A stretch of DNA of 64,000 nucleotides, taken from the IMG/VR virus record IMGVR_UViG_3300033233_000019, positions 34,913-98,912 of that record. One strand, written 5' to 3'. Both the position numbers and the translations under genes were made by a program. The stretch comes from a virus. Numbering within the stretch: position 1 is the first letter of the stretch; each line of letters starts with the position of its first letter. Of the stretch, positions 10,089-19,474 are shown one piece after another. The notes under the pieces are model-generated. The model was not told where the DNA came from, ran no database searches, and saw nothing but the letters and a program-made list of their open reading frames with translations.

Positions 10089-11051
10089 ATGTCAGACGAA
10101 ACACCCGTTGTGGAAACACCCGTCGTGGAGCCAGCCGCTCCTGTAACGCCAACTGAGGTTGTGTACGAATACCAACCCGTAGATGATCTTGGTCGCCCGT
10201 TGGGTGCCAAGCAGGTTTTCAAAGGAAAAGATTTTCAGGAAATCGCAAACAAGATTGCCGAATCGAATATGAATCTGGTGAAGCTCAATCGTGACCTGAA
10301 CCGGAAGAATCGTCTTGGCGAGTTTGTTCCCGATAACATTCCTGAGACAGCAAAACGCATCAATCGTGACGCTGTGGACTTTCGTCCGCGTCCGTTGACC
10401 GACGAGGAGCGCATTTCGTTGGCGCATGACATGGCTGATCCGGCCAAGTTTGATGAGGCTTCGGATCGCTTGTTTACAGCCAAGATTGGCGCAAGTCCTA
10501 AGCGCATCAGCGAAGTGCTGACAAGCGCACAAGACGATATCGCGGCAATGCGAACCAAAGAGGAAGGCGACCTTTTCGTTAAGGCCAATCCTTCTTACTA
10601 CGTTTGCATGGAAAATTTCAGAACCATCGCTAACTGGATGATGAAGAACGATCTAGCACCAGTTCGTGAAAACTTTCAACTTGCATTTGACACGCTGAAA
10701 CCAGTCGGATTACTGGTAGAAGCTCCAATCCCGCGTGAGGATCATCCACCTGTCGTTGCGGCACCAGTCGTAGCGCCTGTAGTGGAACAACCTCCGGTAA
10801 ATTCGCAACCGGAGCCGGAACCCGTTAGTCGGATTACTAACGACGAGCCGCAGACGCAGCCAAAGCGTACACCTAGAGTAGCATCTGGATTAACCCGTGA
10901 CCAAGGCTCAGACTTTGGCACACCTTCCAAGAGCAATACTCTAACGGTGGCAGAGATCGAAGCAATGTCTTCGGAAGTTTACAAGAAGCGTTTATTGACC
11001 GAACCCGGCTTTTCAAAAGCTGTGGATGAGGCATACGCTCCAAAGAAATAA
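10089..11051 (+). CDS. Capsid scaffolding protein (probable)
   Basis: Immediately before MCP; acidic, Pro-rich, with IEAMSSEVYKK C-terminal helix. Confidence 0.7.
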   Translation: MSDETPVVETPVVEPAAPVTPTEVVYEYQPVDDLGRPLGAKQVFKGKDFQEIANKIAESNMNLVKLNRDLNRKNRLGEFVPDNIPETAKRINRDAVDFRPRPLTDEERISLAHDMADPAKFDEASDRLFTAKIGASPKRISEVLTSAQDDIAAMRTKEEGDLFVKANPSYYVCMENFRTIANWMMKNDLAPVRENFQLAFDTLKPVGLLVEAPIPREDHPPVVAAPVVAPVVEQPPVNSQPEPEPVSRITNDEPQTQPKRTPRVASGLTRDQGSDFGTPSKSNTLTVAEIEAMSSEVYKKRLLTEPGFSKAVDEAYAPKK

Positions 11052-11088
11052 CCGATCATTCAACTTCGTCTCAGGATAGGGTAACTAT

Positions 11089-12120
11089 ATGAGTTTCTCT
11101 CCTAGCTCCAACGCGCAGTCGAATCTTCCACAGAGCACCGTGAAGTATTACGACAAAAAGTTCCGCGAGAACTTGAAAGCGCAGACCCCATTCGTCGCTT
11201 GTTCGGAACGTCTCGACCTGCCGATGAAGTCTGGTAACCAGTACCAGATGTTTATGTACGTTCCCCTGGCGGCAAACGTGACCGCACAGACTGAAGGTAC
11301 AGTCGGCAACGGCATCGCGGTGTCCGTTCTGACAAACACAGCGACCATCGGTGAGTACGCCGATTACGCTAACTTCTCTTCGCTGTCTCTCGCTACCGCG
11401 ATTGACAACACCGTCGAGAACGTTGCGCGTGAAATGTCGTACCGTCTTGGTGAGTCTCTGAGCGCACTGGTTCGTGCGACTGCTGATGGCGCAAGCGCCA
11501 TTGACAGTTCCGTGCTGACCTCGCTGGCTGCAACTTCCACGACTTCGTTTACGGCCCTGAGCCTGTCTCAGATTCGTAACAGCGTGCAGAGTATGGCTGG
11601 CCGCTCGATTCGTCCTTTCGACGAAGCAAGCAAGGCATTCTGTGGCGTTATCCACCCGTTCGCCCTTGGCGACGTGCTGGCTGACAACAGCAACGATGCC
11701 CCGCTCGACATGCTGAAGCACACCCCCGTGGGTCTGGCACGCATGGAAGAGCTGATTTCGGTCGATCTGACTGAAGTGATTGAACTGCCGTCCAGCGGTG
11801 TTCAATTCTTCCAGACGAACCAAGTCACCACGACAGGGACATACAAGTCCGTGTCGAACCTGACTGCACTGCGTACCTACATCTTCGGGCGCGATGGGAT
11901 TTACTCCATCAACCTTGGAGCACAGGGTGACACAGGCTTCGGTGATGGTGAATGGCGCAACATCAAGTGCAACATCGTTCAGAACGCTGAACCGACTGTT
12001 GCCGATCCTGAAGGGCTGATCCCCGGATGGACAAGCTATCGTGTTCACTTCACGACTTCGCTTGGACCGGATACCACTATCCGTATGCGTCAGATTGATG
12101 CTGCTTCGGCAATCAGCTAA
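11089..12120 (+). CDS. Major capsid protein (N4-gp56-like)
   Basis: YYDKKFRENL, LPMKSG, TEG, IGEYADY, GVIHP motifs; strong codon bias. Confidence 0.85.
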   Translation: MSFSPSSNAQSNLPQSTVKYYDKKFRENLKAQTPFVACSERLDLPMKSGNQYQMFMYVPLAANVTAQTEGTVGNGIAVSVLTNTATIGEYADYANFSSLSLATAIDNTVENVAREMSYRLGESLSALVRATADGASAIDSSVLTSLAATSTTSFTALSLSQIRNSVQSMAGRSIRPFDEASKAFCGVIHPFALGDVLADNSNDAPLDMLKHTPVGLARMEELISVDLTEVIELPSSGVQFFQTNQVTTTGTYKSVSNLTALRTYIFGRDGIYSINLGAQGDTGFGDGEWRNIKCNIVQNAEPTVADPEGLIPGWTSYRVHFTTSLGPDTTIRMRQIDAASAIS

Positions 12121-12141
12121 TCACTGATAAGAAGAAATTGA

Positions 12142-12180
12142 TGAGGGTGTCAAAATCATTGGCACCCTCACAATCGTTTT
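12142..12180 (+). terminator. Stem-loop after MCP (terminator/stabiliser)
   Basis: tgagggtgtca-aaatcat-tggcaccctca; T run is offset. Confidence 0.45.
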
Positions 12181-12195
12181 GAAAGGACAAATTCT

Positions 12196-12684
12196 ATGGC
12201 AGATGTACAAGAATCTTATCCTCTACCGACAACTGGTCTTCTGAAGCCGACTGAAATCGTGCTGACTGGTTCTGGTCTTTCCACATTGGTTACCGCGAGA
12301 CGCTACATGGTCACGCTGTCGCTTAATGGAACCAGTTCCGTCGCCGTGACTGCGGCTGCGAAGGACATTGCTGGTGCCGATCCGTCTTACACAGGAGCGT
12401 TTCATTGGGTTGCGCGGAATGCTGCGCCTCAAGCTGCAAACGCTGGTGATGTGGTCGAGTCTTATCCGGTTTCCACTGACGGTGTTGTGGCGAACATTGC
12501 TTCGTTCAACTCCGACAAGTCGGTTGCGGCTCTGACTTCGGCTTCTAATCCGCCTACTGTGTATGCACACACGGTTGGTGAAGCACTGGTCGAGTGCTTC
12601 GTTCCGTCCTTCGACGTTGACGGTGCAAACGACTACCTGAAGGGTGGCGTTTACACAGAGTTGATTGTCATTGTGACTCCGTAA
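12196..12684 (+). CDS. Probable capsid decoration/Ig-like protein
   Basis: Follows MCP; beta-rich, high-expression codon bias. Confidence 0.55.
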   Translation: MADVQESYPLPTTGLLKPTEIVLTGSGLSTLVTARRYMVTLSLNGTSSVAVTAAAKDIAGADPSYTGAFHWVARNAAPQAANAGDVVESYPVSTDGVVANIASFNSDKSVAALTSASNPPTVYAHTVGEALVECFVPSFDVDGANDYLKGGVYTELIVIVTP

Positions 12685-12754
12685 TTCAAAATCGGGGCAG
12701 TGAAATTGAGAAAGTAACTGCCCCACTAACTAAGCGGAGAGGAAAGGAAAGCTA

Positions 12755-13081
12755 ATGTCTGAAGTAAACGCTTCATTAACAAAACGTGTTGGTACAAGCG
12801 ACATTAACTACGAGAACTATCAGGTTGCGGCAACTTCTAGTTCCTTCCCTAAGACCATTGTCTCCCGTGACACAGGTACGATTTTGGGTACAGTTCCACC
12901 GGGTCAGGCTGGTCTGAAGTTGGTTGATGGAACGCAGCAACAGTCTGTTGCTCGTGTATGCGCCGTTCCTCGTCAGACTGTTGGTGGAGTCGCAATGGAC
13001 GGTGATGGTAACTTCATCCGTAAGGAAGATGATGCCACTTATCGTGGTAATGCGGCTGGCTACAGCAATCTTGGCGAGTAA
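12755..13081 (+). CDS. Hypothetical virion protein
   Basis: AAGGA RBS; codon bias. Confidence 0.6.
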   Translation: MSEVNASLTKRVGTSDINYENYQVAATSSSFPKTIVSRDTGTILGTVPPGQAGLKLVDGTQQQSVARVCAVPRQTVGGVAMDGDGNFIRKEDDATYRGNAAGYSNLGE

Positions 13082-13091
13082 GAGAGTTTCA

Positions 13092-13260
13092 TTAGCGAGT
13101 CACTTGTGACCCGCTATTAAAGCTTTCTTTTGGATAACTATCAAAAGGGATGTAAGGTCGGATTACCTGAACCCTGAGTAGACGGTGAGTCCAATAGGCA
13201 AGCATTCATCCGGCCAGATGGTGTCTTGCTGCCCAATACGAAACGTAGATTGCCATCCCA
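13092..13260 (+). ncRNA. Candidate structured RNA (multi-stem junction)
   Basis: gggatg...catccc closes three hairpins including tacgaaacgta; two more hairpins upstream. Confidence 0.4.
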
Positions 13261-13312
13261 ACAATCACTGTACAGGCGTTTTCGTGTTGCGGTCTTTTCT
13301 TAGGAGGAAAGA

Positions 13313-13924
13313 ATGGGGAGCACAGTAGGCAAAGAAAAAGCACCGTGGGAGTCGTATTCAGCTACGTTTGAAGAGAAGCTCGATCCGCAGTTGGAAGAAG
13401 CTATTAAACGATATGCTGAAACTGCACACGGAAAAACAAGCAACCAAAACGCCGAAGAGTTGTGTCGGCAAAAAGAAATCAGTGCCGAAGTTGCAAAAGA
13501 GTATCAGTGGGTAACTCCCGACGAGTATGCAGACGAAGGGCCGCGAATAGGCAAGGTTCTGCATTCATCGGAATTGATTACGCTGCTGAGAAACAAATGC
13601 AAGCTTCGCTGTTGGTATCGTGACCATCCTCAAGCTAGAAAGGTCACGCTCGTTGTTCAACGTTGGGCGCAGATTCCCGAAGTCGGCTGTTGGGTTCAGC
13701 TTGGCTTCATGCCAGAGTACACGATCATGGGTTTCGACGATCATGGCGTGCCATTGGCAGAAAGATATCGGGGCTGGCGCACATGTATTTTGCAGTTGAT
13801 TTTGAAGGGGCTTATCGCTGAAGAACTTGCCAACAAGGTCTTCGGATATGCTCATGGGACTGTTTCAGAGCGGTATCTTGAAACGCTGTATGGTTTCAGG
13901 AATCGCCGTTTTGCAGTGATCTAA
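13313..13924 (+). CDS. Hypothetical protein
   Basis: AGGAGG RBS. Confidence 0.75.
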   Translation: MGSTVGKEKAPWESYSATFEEKLDPQLEEAIKRYAETAHGKTSNQNAEELCRQKEISAEVAKEYQWVTPDEYADEGPRIGKVLHSSELITLLRNKCKLRCWYRDHPQARKVTLVVQRWAQIPEVGCWVQLGFMPEYTIMGFDDHGVPLAERYRGWRTCILQLILKGLIAEELANKVFGYAHGTVSERYLETLYGFRNRRFAVI

Positions 13925-13988
13925 CCGGAACGCCGGAATATAAATGTGATGTAGCCGGAACAACCGGGATAGAAATTGTGGAGTAATA
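13925..13988 (+). promoter_or_regulatory. Tandem hairpin + ATA(G/T)AAAT element, copy 2
   Basis: ccgg-aacg-ccgg-aatataaatgtg ... ccgg-aacaa-ccgg-gatagaaattgtggagtaat. Confidence 0.6.
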
Positions 13989-13990
13989 CA

Positions 13991-14536
13991 ATGACAGAAG
14001 AAAATCAGCAAGAACAGTTGTCACCCGAAGAGTTTGAGAAGAAACGTCAGAGACTTGAACTTCGTCGGTTGGAAGCGGATACGCAGGACATTGAAGAGCG
14101 TTTGGCAGAGCGCGAAATGAAGCGCGAAACCAAGCGTCAACGCAGCATCAACAACGGCCAGACATTGCGCCAGATCGAAGCCAGCACAAAGGCTGTGCAA
14201 GAACATTGCAACCATAAAAAGGGCGGCAGTGGAGCACAGGGATTTATTGCCGGTGAGGGCGATGATTCTCAGTACTCCGTGCTGAAGCATCGTATGCCCA
14301 TGGGCGACGTGTGGGTTCGCTGTCTGCGCTGCGGTAAAACATGGAAGCCACCCGTGGAGTCGAAGTACACGGTTAAGGGCAAGTTTGACCAAGACGCATT
14401 CAACGCTGCCGTGCGCGAGTACGAGTCAGCAGTTGCGTTTCAGACTCGTAACCAGACGAGCGGATCGATTCAGTTCCGGGCTTCTGACGGCGGTAAGCAC
14501 TTCCGTGAAGTCACCAAAGATGTGAATTTGCGTTAA
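13991..14536 (+). CDS. Coiled-coil protein with CxH...CxxC zinc motif
   Basis: GGAG RBS; HCNH, CLRCGK. Confidence 0.7.
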   Translation: MTEENQQEQLSPEEFEKKRQRLELRRLEADTQDIEERLAEREMKRETKRQRSINNGQTLRQIEASTKAVQEHCNHKKGGSGAQGFIAGEGDDSQYSVLKHRMPMGDVWVRCLRCGKTWKPPVESKYTVKGKFDQDAFNAAVREYESAVAFQTRNQTSGSIQFRASDGGKHFREVTKDVNLR

Positions 14537-14637
14537 CCTGCGGTAAGCATGTCGGCCTACAGTGCCGACTACGTGCCTATAAAAGGCATTCGGTGAAACT
14601 CCGAGCAATCGCCCGTTATAGCCGGGCGCTAAATTTA

Positions 14638-15042
14638 ATGATAAAAACACACTGCAAGAACGGTCACGCATTGACCAAGGATAATTTAGTATTACGAAAG
14701 AACGGTTACGCGCAATGCCGTGTGTGCTTTAATAAGTCGGCTAAAGAATGCACCAAACGCTGGCGCACTAGGCATCCAGACAAGGCTAAATACAGTAAAC
14801 TAAAATATCGTTACGGTGTTACTCCTGAACAGTATGAAACAATGTATGAACAGCAAGAAGGAAAATGCATTTTGCCTTCATGTGGTCGCCCTATAAACGC
14901 AACCAATCACGATCACGTTTCTGGATTGCTTCGTGGTTTGATGTGCAAAGAACACAATATAGCACTTGGATTATTTTCTGATAGTCCTAAGCTGCTAAGA
15001 GAAGCGGCTGAGTATTTAGAAAGGTTCATTTATGGCAGGTAA
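14638..15042 (+). mobile_element. Free-standing EndoVII-like HNH endonuclease (degenerate NHDH)
   Basis: KTHCKNGH N-terminus, YRYGVT, NHDH..GLLRGLMC..HN.ALG. Confidence 0.85.
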
Positions 15043-16144
15043 CTCGACTATTTCCTTACAGAGCGTGGTTGATGATGCCCTGTCAATGGGAGACATTGCG
15101 CCAGCTTTGTCTACAGGTGGCTTCAGCGATCAGCCAGCACTCTCGATTGCTAACGACGTTTTAAACGCAATGCTTTTGGGTGGCCCCGGTGGGGAGCCGT
15201 TTAACTGGAAGTGGAACCGTTTCTTCGTCCAACCTTTCGCAACGATTTCGTTGCAGCAAGACTATTTCGTACCCGGTAACATTAGGCTTGGGTGGTTAGA
15301 GTCTGCCTTCGCAGTAGATATCAACAACACTTCCATTCCAAAACCTAAGCGTTCCATCGAATGTCATCGTGACCTTCTGCCTACGGACGCGCAAACAGGC
15401 TATCCCGGCAAAATGTGCTGGATTCCAAATGATCAGTGTCTCACAGGAACATGGGGTCAACATCCGTTAGGCCCGACTTCTGTGGGTTCACCCGGTGAGC
15501 AAACTGGCGGGGCAAGCATCACAGGTGCTCAGAACCCCGGCCCGAATGTGATATACACCGATCCTGTTGGAACAACCAATCAGCCAGTCAACGCGACCAC
15601 AATCATCACCGATCCCAACGGCAACCTTTGGGTTGTCACTACATACGGTCAGTGCGGCGCTACACAACCCGTGTGGCCTACAAATCCGGTGTACCCGACT
15701 CTCGCAAGTCCAAATACAGTTGCGACTACGCAGACCGATGGGTCAGTCGTGTGGACAGCCATCAACCCGAAAGGGCAGGGCTTCCGGTTGAATCCGATTC
15801 CGCCCGTTACAGGCATTAGCTGGTTAGTCCAGCCAATCGCTCAGTTGCGTCCGACGCGCTTCACTGCGCTGGCAAACACGCTTGAGCCGATTCCCGACGA
15901 CTACGAGAAATATTTCAAGCAGGGATTCTTTGCACAGTGCTATCGCAGAAATCCCGATCAAAAAGTTCGCGCTCGATTCACAGAAGAGTGGGCGCTGTTC
16001 ATGCGTGATTTGGACATGGCAGTTCGTTCCGGTCAGCGTGAAATGGATGACTTCGGATTCTATCCGGGTCAGTCAATCATGGATGCAGGTACTGCTTTTA
16101 ATCCCATAAATCCAGCCATGCCATATGGGGTTTGGAATGGCTAA
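15032..16144 (+). CDS. Head-tail adaptor/tail tubular A-like protein
   Basis: PFNWKWNR, PIPDDY; paralog of 17299; position. Confidence 0.6.
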   Translation: MAGNSTISLQSVVDDALSMGDIAPALSTGGFSDQPALSIANDVLNAMLLGGPGGEPFNWKWNRFFVQPFATISLQQDYFVPGNIRLGWLESAFAVDINNTSIPKPKRSIECHRDLLPTDAQTGYPGKMCWIPNDQCLTGTWGQHPLGPTSVGSPGEQTGGASITGAQNPGPNVIYTDPVGTTNQPVNATTIITDPNGNLWVVTTYGQCGATQPVWPTNPVYPTLASPNTVATTQTDGSVVWTAINPKGQGFRLNPIPPVTGISWLVQPIAQLRPTRFTALANTLEPIPDDYEKYFKQGFFAQCYRRNPDQKVRARFTEEWALFMRDLDMAVRSGQREMDDFGFYPGQSIMDAGTAFNPINPAMPYGVWNG

Positions 16145-16565
16145 CATAAAGACGCATTGCAAGAATGGTCATGAATTCACAGAAGAAAATAGTCGTTGGA
16201 CTATTAAAGACAATGGAAAACGCCGTCGTATTTGTCGTATTTGCAACAACGAGTATCATCGCCAAATACGACATACAAATCCTTCTGCTAGAGACAAGAT
16301 TCGTAAATACGAACGCGAGTACAAATTAAAATATAAGTACGGTGTTACCGCCGATATGTGGAGAAACATGTTTGAGAAACAAGGCGGCTGTTGTGCCGGA
16401 TGTAACACTTCATTTGAATTTGTAACGCCCTGTGTGGATCATTGCCACATTACTAATGATTTTCGCGGACTACTTTGTCATGCCTGTAATCGCGGAATTG
16501 GTCTTTTGAAAGATAGTCCTGAACTTTTAGAAAAACTGGCAACTTATTTGAAAAATAACCACTGA
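16137..16565 (+). mobile_element. Free-standing EndoVII-like HNH endonuclease
   Basis: KTHCKNGH, CAGC, VDHCH, RGLLCHACNRGIG. Confidence 0.9.
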
Positions 16566-16648
16566 ACAGAGGAACCCTAATTCAAGGGTACAGTGGCTTT
16601 ACCGTTGTCGTGCTCTGGTTTAGAAAGACGGTAAACAGGAATTACATC

Positions 16649-17290
16649 GTGAAACATTTTTTGCTGTCTATCATTCTTGCATTGTCACTGTTGACACAGA
16701 CCTGTGTCGCGCAGCCAAACATCAGAGAAACTCAACACGCAGCAATGCACTGGCTGCTGTTTCAAACTGAAAAAGATGCATGGTATTGCACCGGATATGC
16801 AATTTCGGAGCACGCAGTTTTAACAGCGGGACATTGTGATGAACCCGGCATGTCGGTATCATTTGATAAGGAACTGGAACTAAAGCCAGCACCAACTGAA
16901 ATCACTGCAAAGTATTTTGATGGCAATGATCATATGATTTTTGTGGTGCCTTCTATTACATTTGCTGATACAGTATACTATAACCCAAAAAAATATAAGC
17001 TGCCCAAGCAAGGTGAGCATGTTTACTATTGGGGTAATCCTGAACGTCACCGAGATTTGTATCGTGAGGGTTATATGTCAGGTATTGATCCCGATCCCGA
17101 TACCGATCTACGCACAAAAGATGCAGGAATTTACTTCATCATAAACGCTGCTCCCGGCGATAGTGGTTCAGTTGTTTTTGCCGAAAATGGTCGCATTGTT
17201 TCAATGGTTAGCGCATCGGGCGACAGTACAATTATGCTTGGTTATCCGCTGGCATTCACACCAGAGCAGGTAGCTGAAGCCGAAAAGTAA
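16649..17290 (+). CDS. Trypsin-like serine protease with signal peptide
   Basis: GTG start with AGGA RBS; LTAGHC, D, PGDSGS triad; hydrophobic N-terminus. Confidence 0.85.
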   Translation: MKHFLLSIILALSLLTQTCVAQPNIRETQHAAMHWLLFQTEKDAWYCTGYAISEHAVLTAGHCDEPGMSVSFDKELELKPAPTEITAKYFDGNDHMIFVVPSITFADTVYYNPKKYKLPKQGEHVYYWGNPERHRDLYREGYMSGIDPDPDTDLRTKDAGIYFIINAAPGDSGSVVFAENGRIVSMVSASGDSTIMLGYPLAFTPEQVAEAEK

Positions 17291-17298
17291 AGGAATCT

Positions 17299-18198
17299 AT
17301 GGCAAGTACAATCACGCTGCTGCAAACAATGGAGTGGGCTAAGAAGCTGAACTTCAATCGTAGTTCTGCTATCGGGAACTATCTTGAACCAGCCATGACG
17401 AGCGCAAACATTGTGAAGCAAGCAATCCTTGGCGCACCGTTTGAGTGGCGCTGGAATCGCAAAGAATACGCTTGGACATGTGTCAACCCGGCAACAGTTT
17501 GGGCCGCAGTCACCGTGTACGCTTTGAATTTTCGTTTCAAAGACCCGAATGGAAACATTCAGATGGTCACTGCTATCGGATCGGCTCCGCACAAAAGCGG
17601 TGTTGTCCAGCCTACTTGGAGCACCAACACAGCAGGTAACGGAACAACCGCAGATGGCGATCTAGTATGGACGGTGTTTGATCTTCAGACATACCAAGTG
17701 AGCGTTCCTGATTTTGGCTGGATCGAGCACGCATCCGTGCAAGATATCGGCCAGTCTCCTGCTAAATGGTATTCAGTTCAGCCACAGTTGTCTTTAGCTT
17801 TGGATTCTTCCCAAGCTCGTCCAACAAAGATTTCGGCACATACAGATGATCTTAACGGCAACATTGGTTTCGTGCTTATGCCTGTACCTGACAAAGCATA
17901 CCCGATGAACATCCACATTCAGAAGAAAGCTTCGCTGTTCACGAGCGTAAACGACACATGGTCACCGATCCCCGATGAGTATTCTTACATCTACAGTTGG
18001 GGTTTCTTGGCGTTGATGTACATGTTTGCTGATGATCCAAGATTCAACATGGCTAATCAAAAATTCGTCGCACATCTGTTGGCTAACAACGAAGGTCTGA
18101 CTGAGACTGAAAAGAATATGTTCTTGGGTAATTGGGGTGGTATTACAGGCTCCGAAATCGCCAGAGGGCAGCAAGGCGCTCAAGCAAGACAAGTTTAA
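17299..18198 (+). CDS. Head-tail adaptor/tail tubular-like protein (paralog of 15032)
   Basis: STITL, PFEWRWNR, PIPDEY. Confidence 0.6.
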   Translation: MASTITLLQTMEWAKKLNFNRSSAIGNYLEPAMTSANIVKQAILGAPFEWRWNRKEYAWTCVNPATVWAAVTVYALNFRFKDPNGNIQMVTAIGSAPHKSGVVQPTWSTNTAGNGTTADGDLVWTVFDLQTYQVSVPDFGWIEHASVQDIGQSPAKWYSVQPQLSLALDSSQARPTKISAHTDDLNGNIGFVLMPVPDKAYPMNIHIQKKASLFTSVNDTWSPIPDEYSYIYSWGFLALMYMFADDPRFNMANQKFVAHLLANNEGLTETEKNMFLGNWGGITGSEIARGQQGAQARQV

Positions 18199-18254
18199 AC
18201 TTGAAGAAGGAAATTCTGCATAGGCGAGAATGCCGGAAAGACACGGTATAATCT

Positions 18255-18557
18255 ATGGCAGCACCAACTTTTGTTGATCCATCCGGCGCACCAATTGCCA
18301 ATGGCGTTATGGTTGTCAGCTTGAATGCTGACGCAAAATCGTCACTTGGGCAGGTTCACAGCCAGCGCACAAGATTTGCACTCGACTCTACAGGTACACC
18401 TGATGTGTCCGCAGTGCAACTTTTGTCGTCTCTAGCAAACAACTATGACAGCAACAACACTCCGTCGTATTCCGTAACGGTGTACAACGCTTTAGGTGAA
18501 CGAGTTTGGGGGCCAAGCATTCCGGGCGATCCGGCGCTTCCGTCTCCTCTTCAGTAA
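18255..18557 (+). CDS. Short paralog of the N-terminal domain of 18566
   Basis: F.D..G....G....L..D, LxxxG, Y.V..Y.A.G...WGP shared. Confidence 0.6.
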   Translation: MAAPTFVDPSGAPIANGVMVVSLNADAKSSLGQVHSQRTRFALDSTGTPDVSAVQLLSSLANNYDSNNTPSYSVTVYNALGERVWGPSIPGDPALPSPLQ

Positions 18558-18565
18558 AGGAAAAC

Positions 18566-19474
18566 ATGCCAGCAACAAAAACAAAATTGATTGGTGGATT
18601 GTTCCAAGACGCAGACGGTGTTGTCCTGAACAAAGGCTATTTGCTCTTTGAGTTGTCACACGACTCACAGGTTACAGGATTGATCACTCAGGTTTGCGCT
18701 GGTGTGAATATCAAGATCACCCTAAATTCCAGTGGTAGCGTTGACCAGACTGTAGCCCAATACATTTGGGGTAACGACGATCTGCTTCCAATCAACAGTT
18801 TTTATACAGTCGCGGGTTACACTGCGGCTGGTCAGCTTGCTTGGGGGCCGAATCACCAGCAAGTAACAAGCGGCGCAACGTTCGACGTTGGCACTTGGGT
18901 TCCTGACCTGTTGACTAATTGGAATCCTCCTCTTCAGTCGCCAGAACTCGACACAAACGGAGTACTGAACGGCAATCAAGCCAAGCTGAATTTGAAAAAC
19001 GGTAAGAACATCGCCATCACGGATGCGGGTAACGGTGACGTTACAATCGCTGGCCCAACATTCGCTGGCGGAAAAAACATCACGGTCACAGGAAACACTT
19101 CAGGCGGCGCTGGAACAGTAACTATTGCTGAGATTTCTACTCCTTACGACATTGGTATTCCGATTGTCGGACAGCCAGATGCCAGCGAGTCAATCGGCTA
19201 CATCATTCCACGAGCAGTTACCTTCCTTGGAAATTTCTCAGGATCGTATGCTACGAGCGCAGTAGCTTCTGCCGGAACGATTGTTTTTGTGATCAAGAAA
19301 AACAATGCTCAGGTCGGCACTGTCACTTTCACTGCAAGTGTGACAGGTGTTTTTGCTTCAACAAGCGGCTTACCAGTATCGTTTGCCGCAGCAGATTTGC
19401 TTGAATTAGTTGCCCCGGCAGTTGTCGATGCAACGTGGGCGAACGGAAGATTTACGATTGTTGGGAGCCGATAA
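18566..19474 (+). CDS. Tail fibre/structural protein
   Basis: AAGGA RBS; G/T/N-rich; repeated GKNI.(I/V)T. Confidence 0.65.
   Translation: MPATKTKLIGGLFQDADGVVLNKGYLLFELSHDSQVTGLITQVCAGVNIKITLNSSGSVDQTVAQYIWGNDDLLPINSFYTVAGYTAAGQLAWGPNHQQVTSGATFDVGTWVPDLLTNWNPPLQSPELDTNGVLNGNQAKLNLKNGKNIAITDAGNGDVTIAGPTFAGGKNITVTGNTSGGAGTVTIAEISTPYDIGIPIVGQPDASESIGYIIPRAVTFLGNFSGSYATSAVASAGTIVFVIKKNNAQVGTVTFTASVTGVFASTSGLPVSFAAADLLELVAPAVVDATWANGRFTIVGSR

Noticed and set aside
11071-12048. 325 aa antisense ORF
   Set aside because: Shadow of the codon-biased major capsid gene; no RBS or motifs. The same applies to most antisense ORFs in 1-52 kb
13165-13245. Hammerhead ribozyme (ctgag...gtcc...cgaaac)
   Set aside because: No CUGANGA core, and the stems do not fit; GAAA lies in a hairpin loop
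14537-16565. Group I introns hosting the HNH genes
   Set aside because: Flanking genes are complete and there is too little non-coding sequence for an intron core
18240-18257. TATAAT as promoter for a leaderless 18255
   Set aside because: No -35 box, and the ATG is too close to the -10
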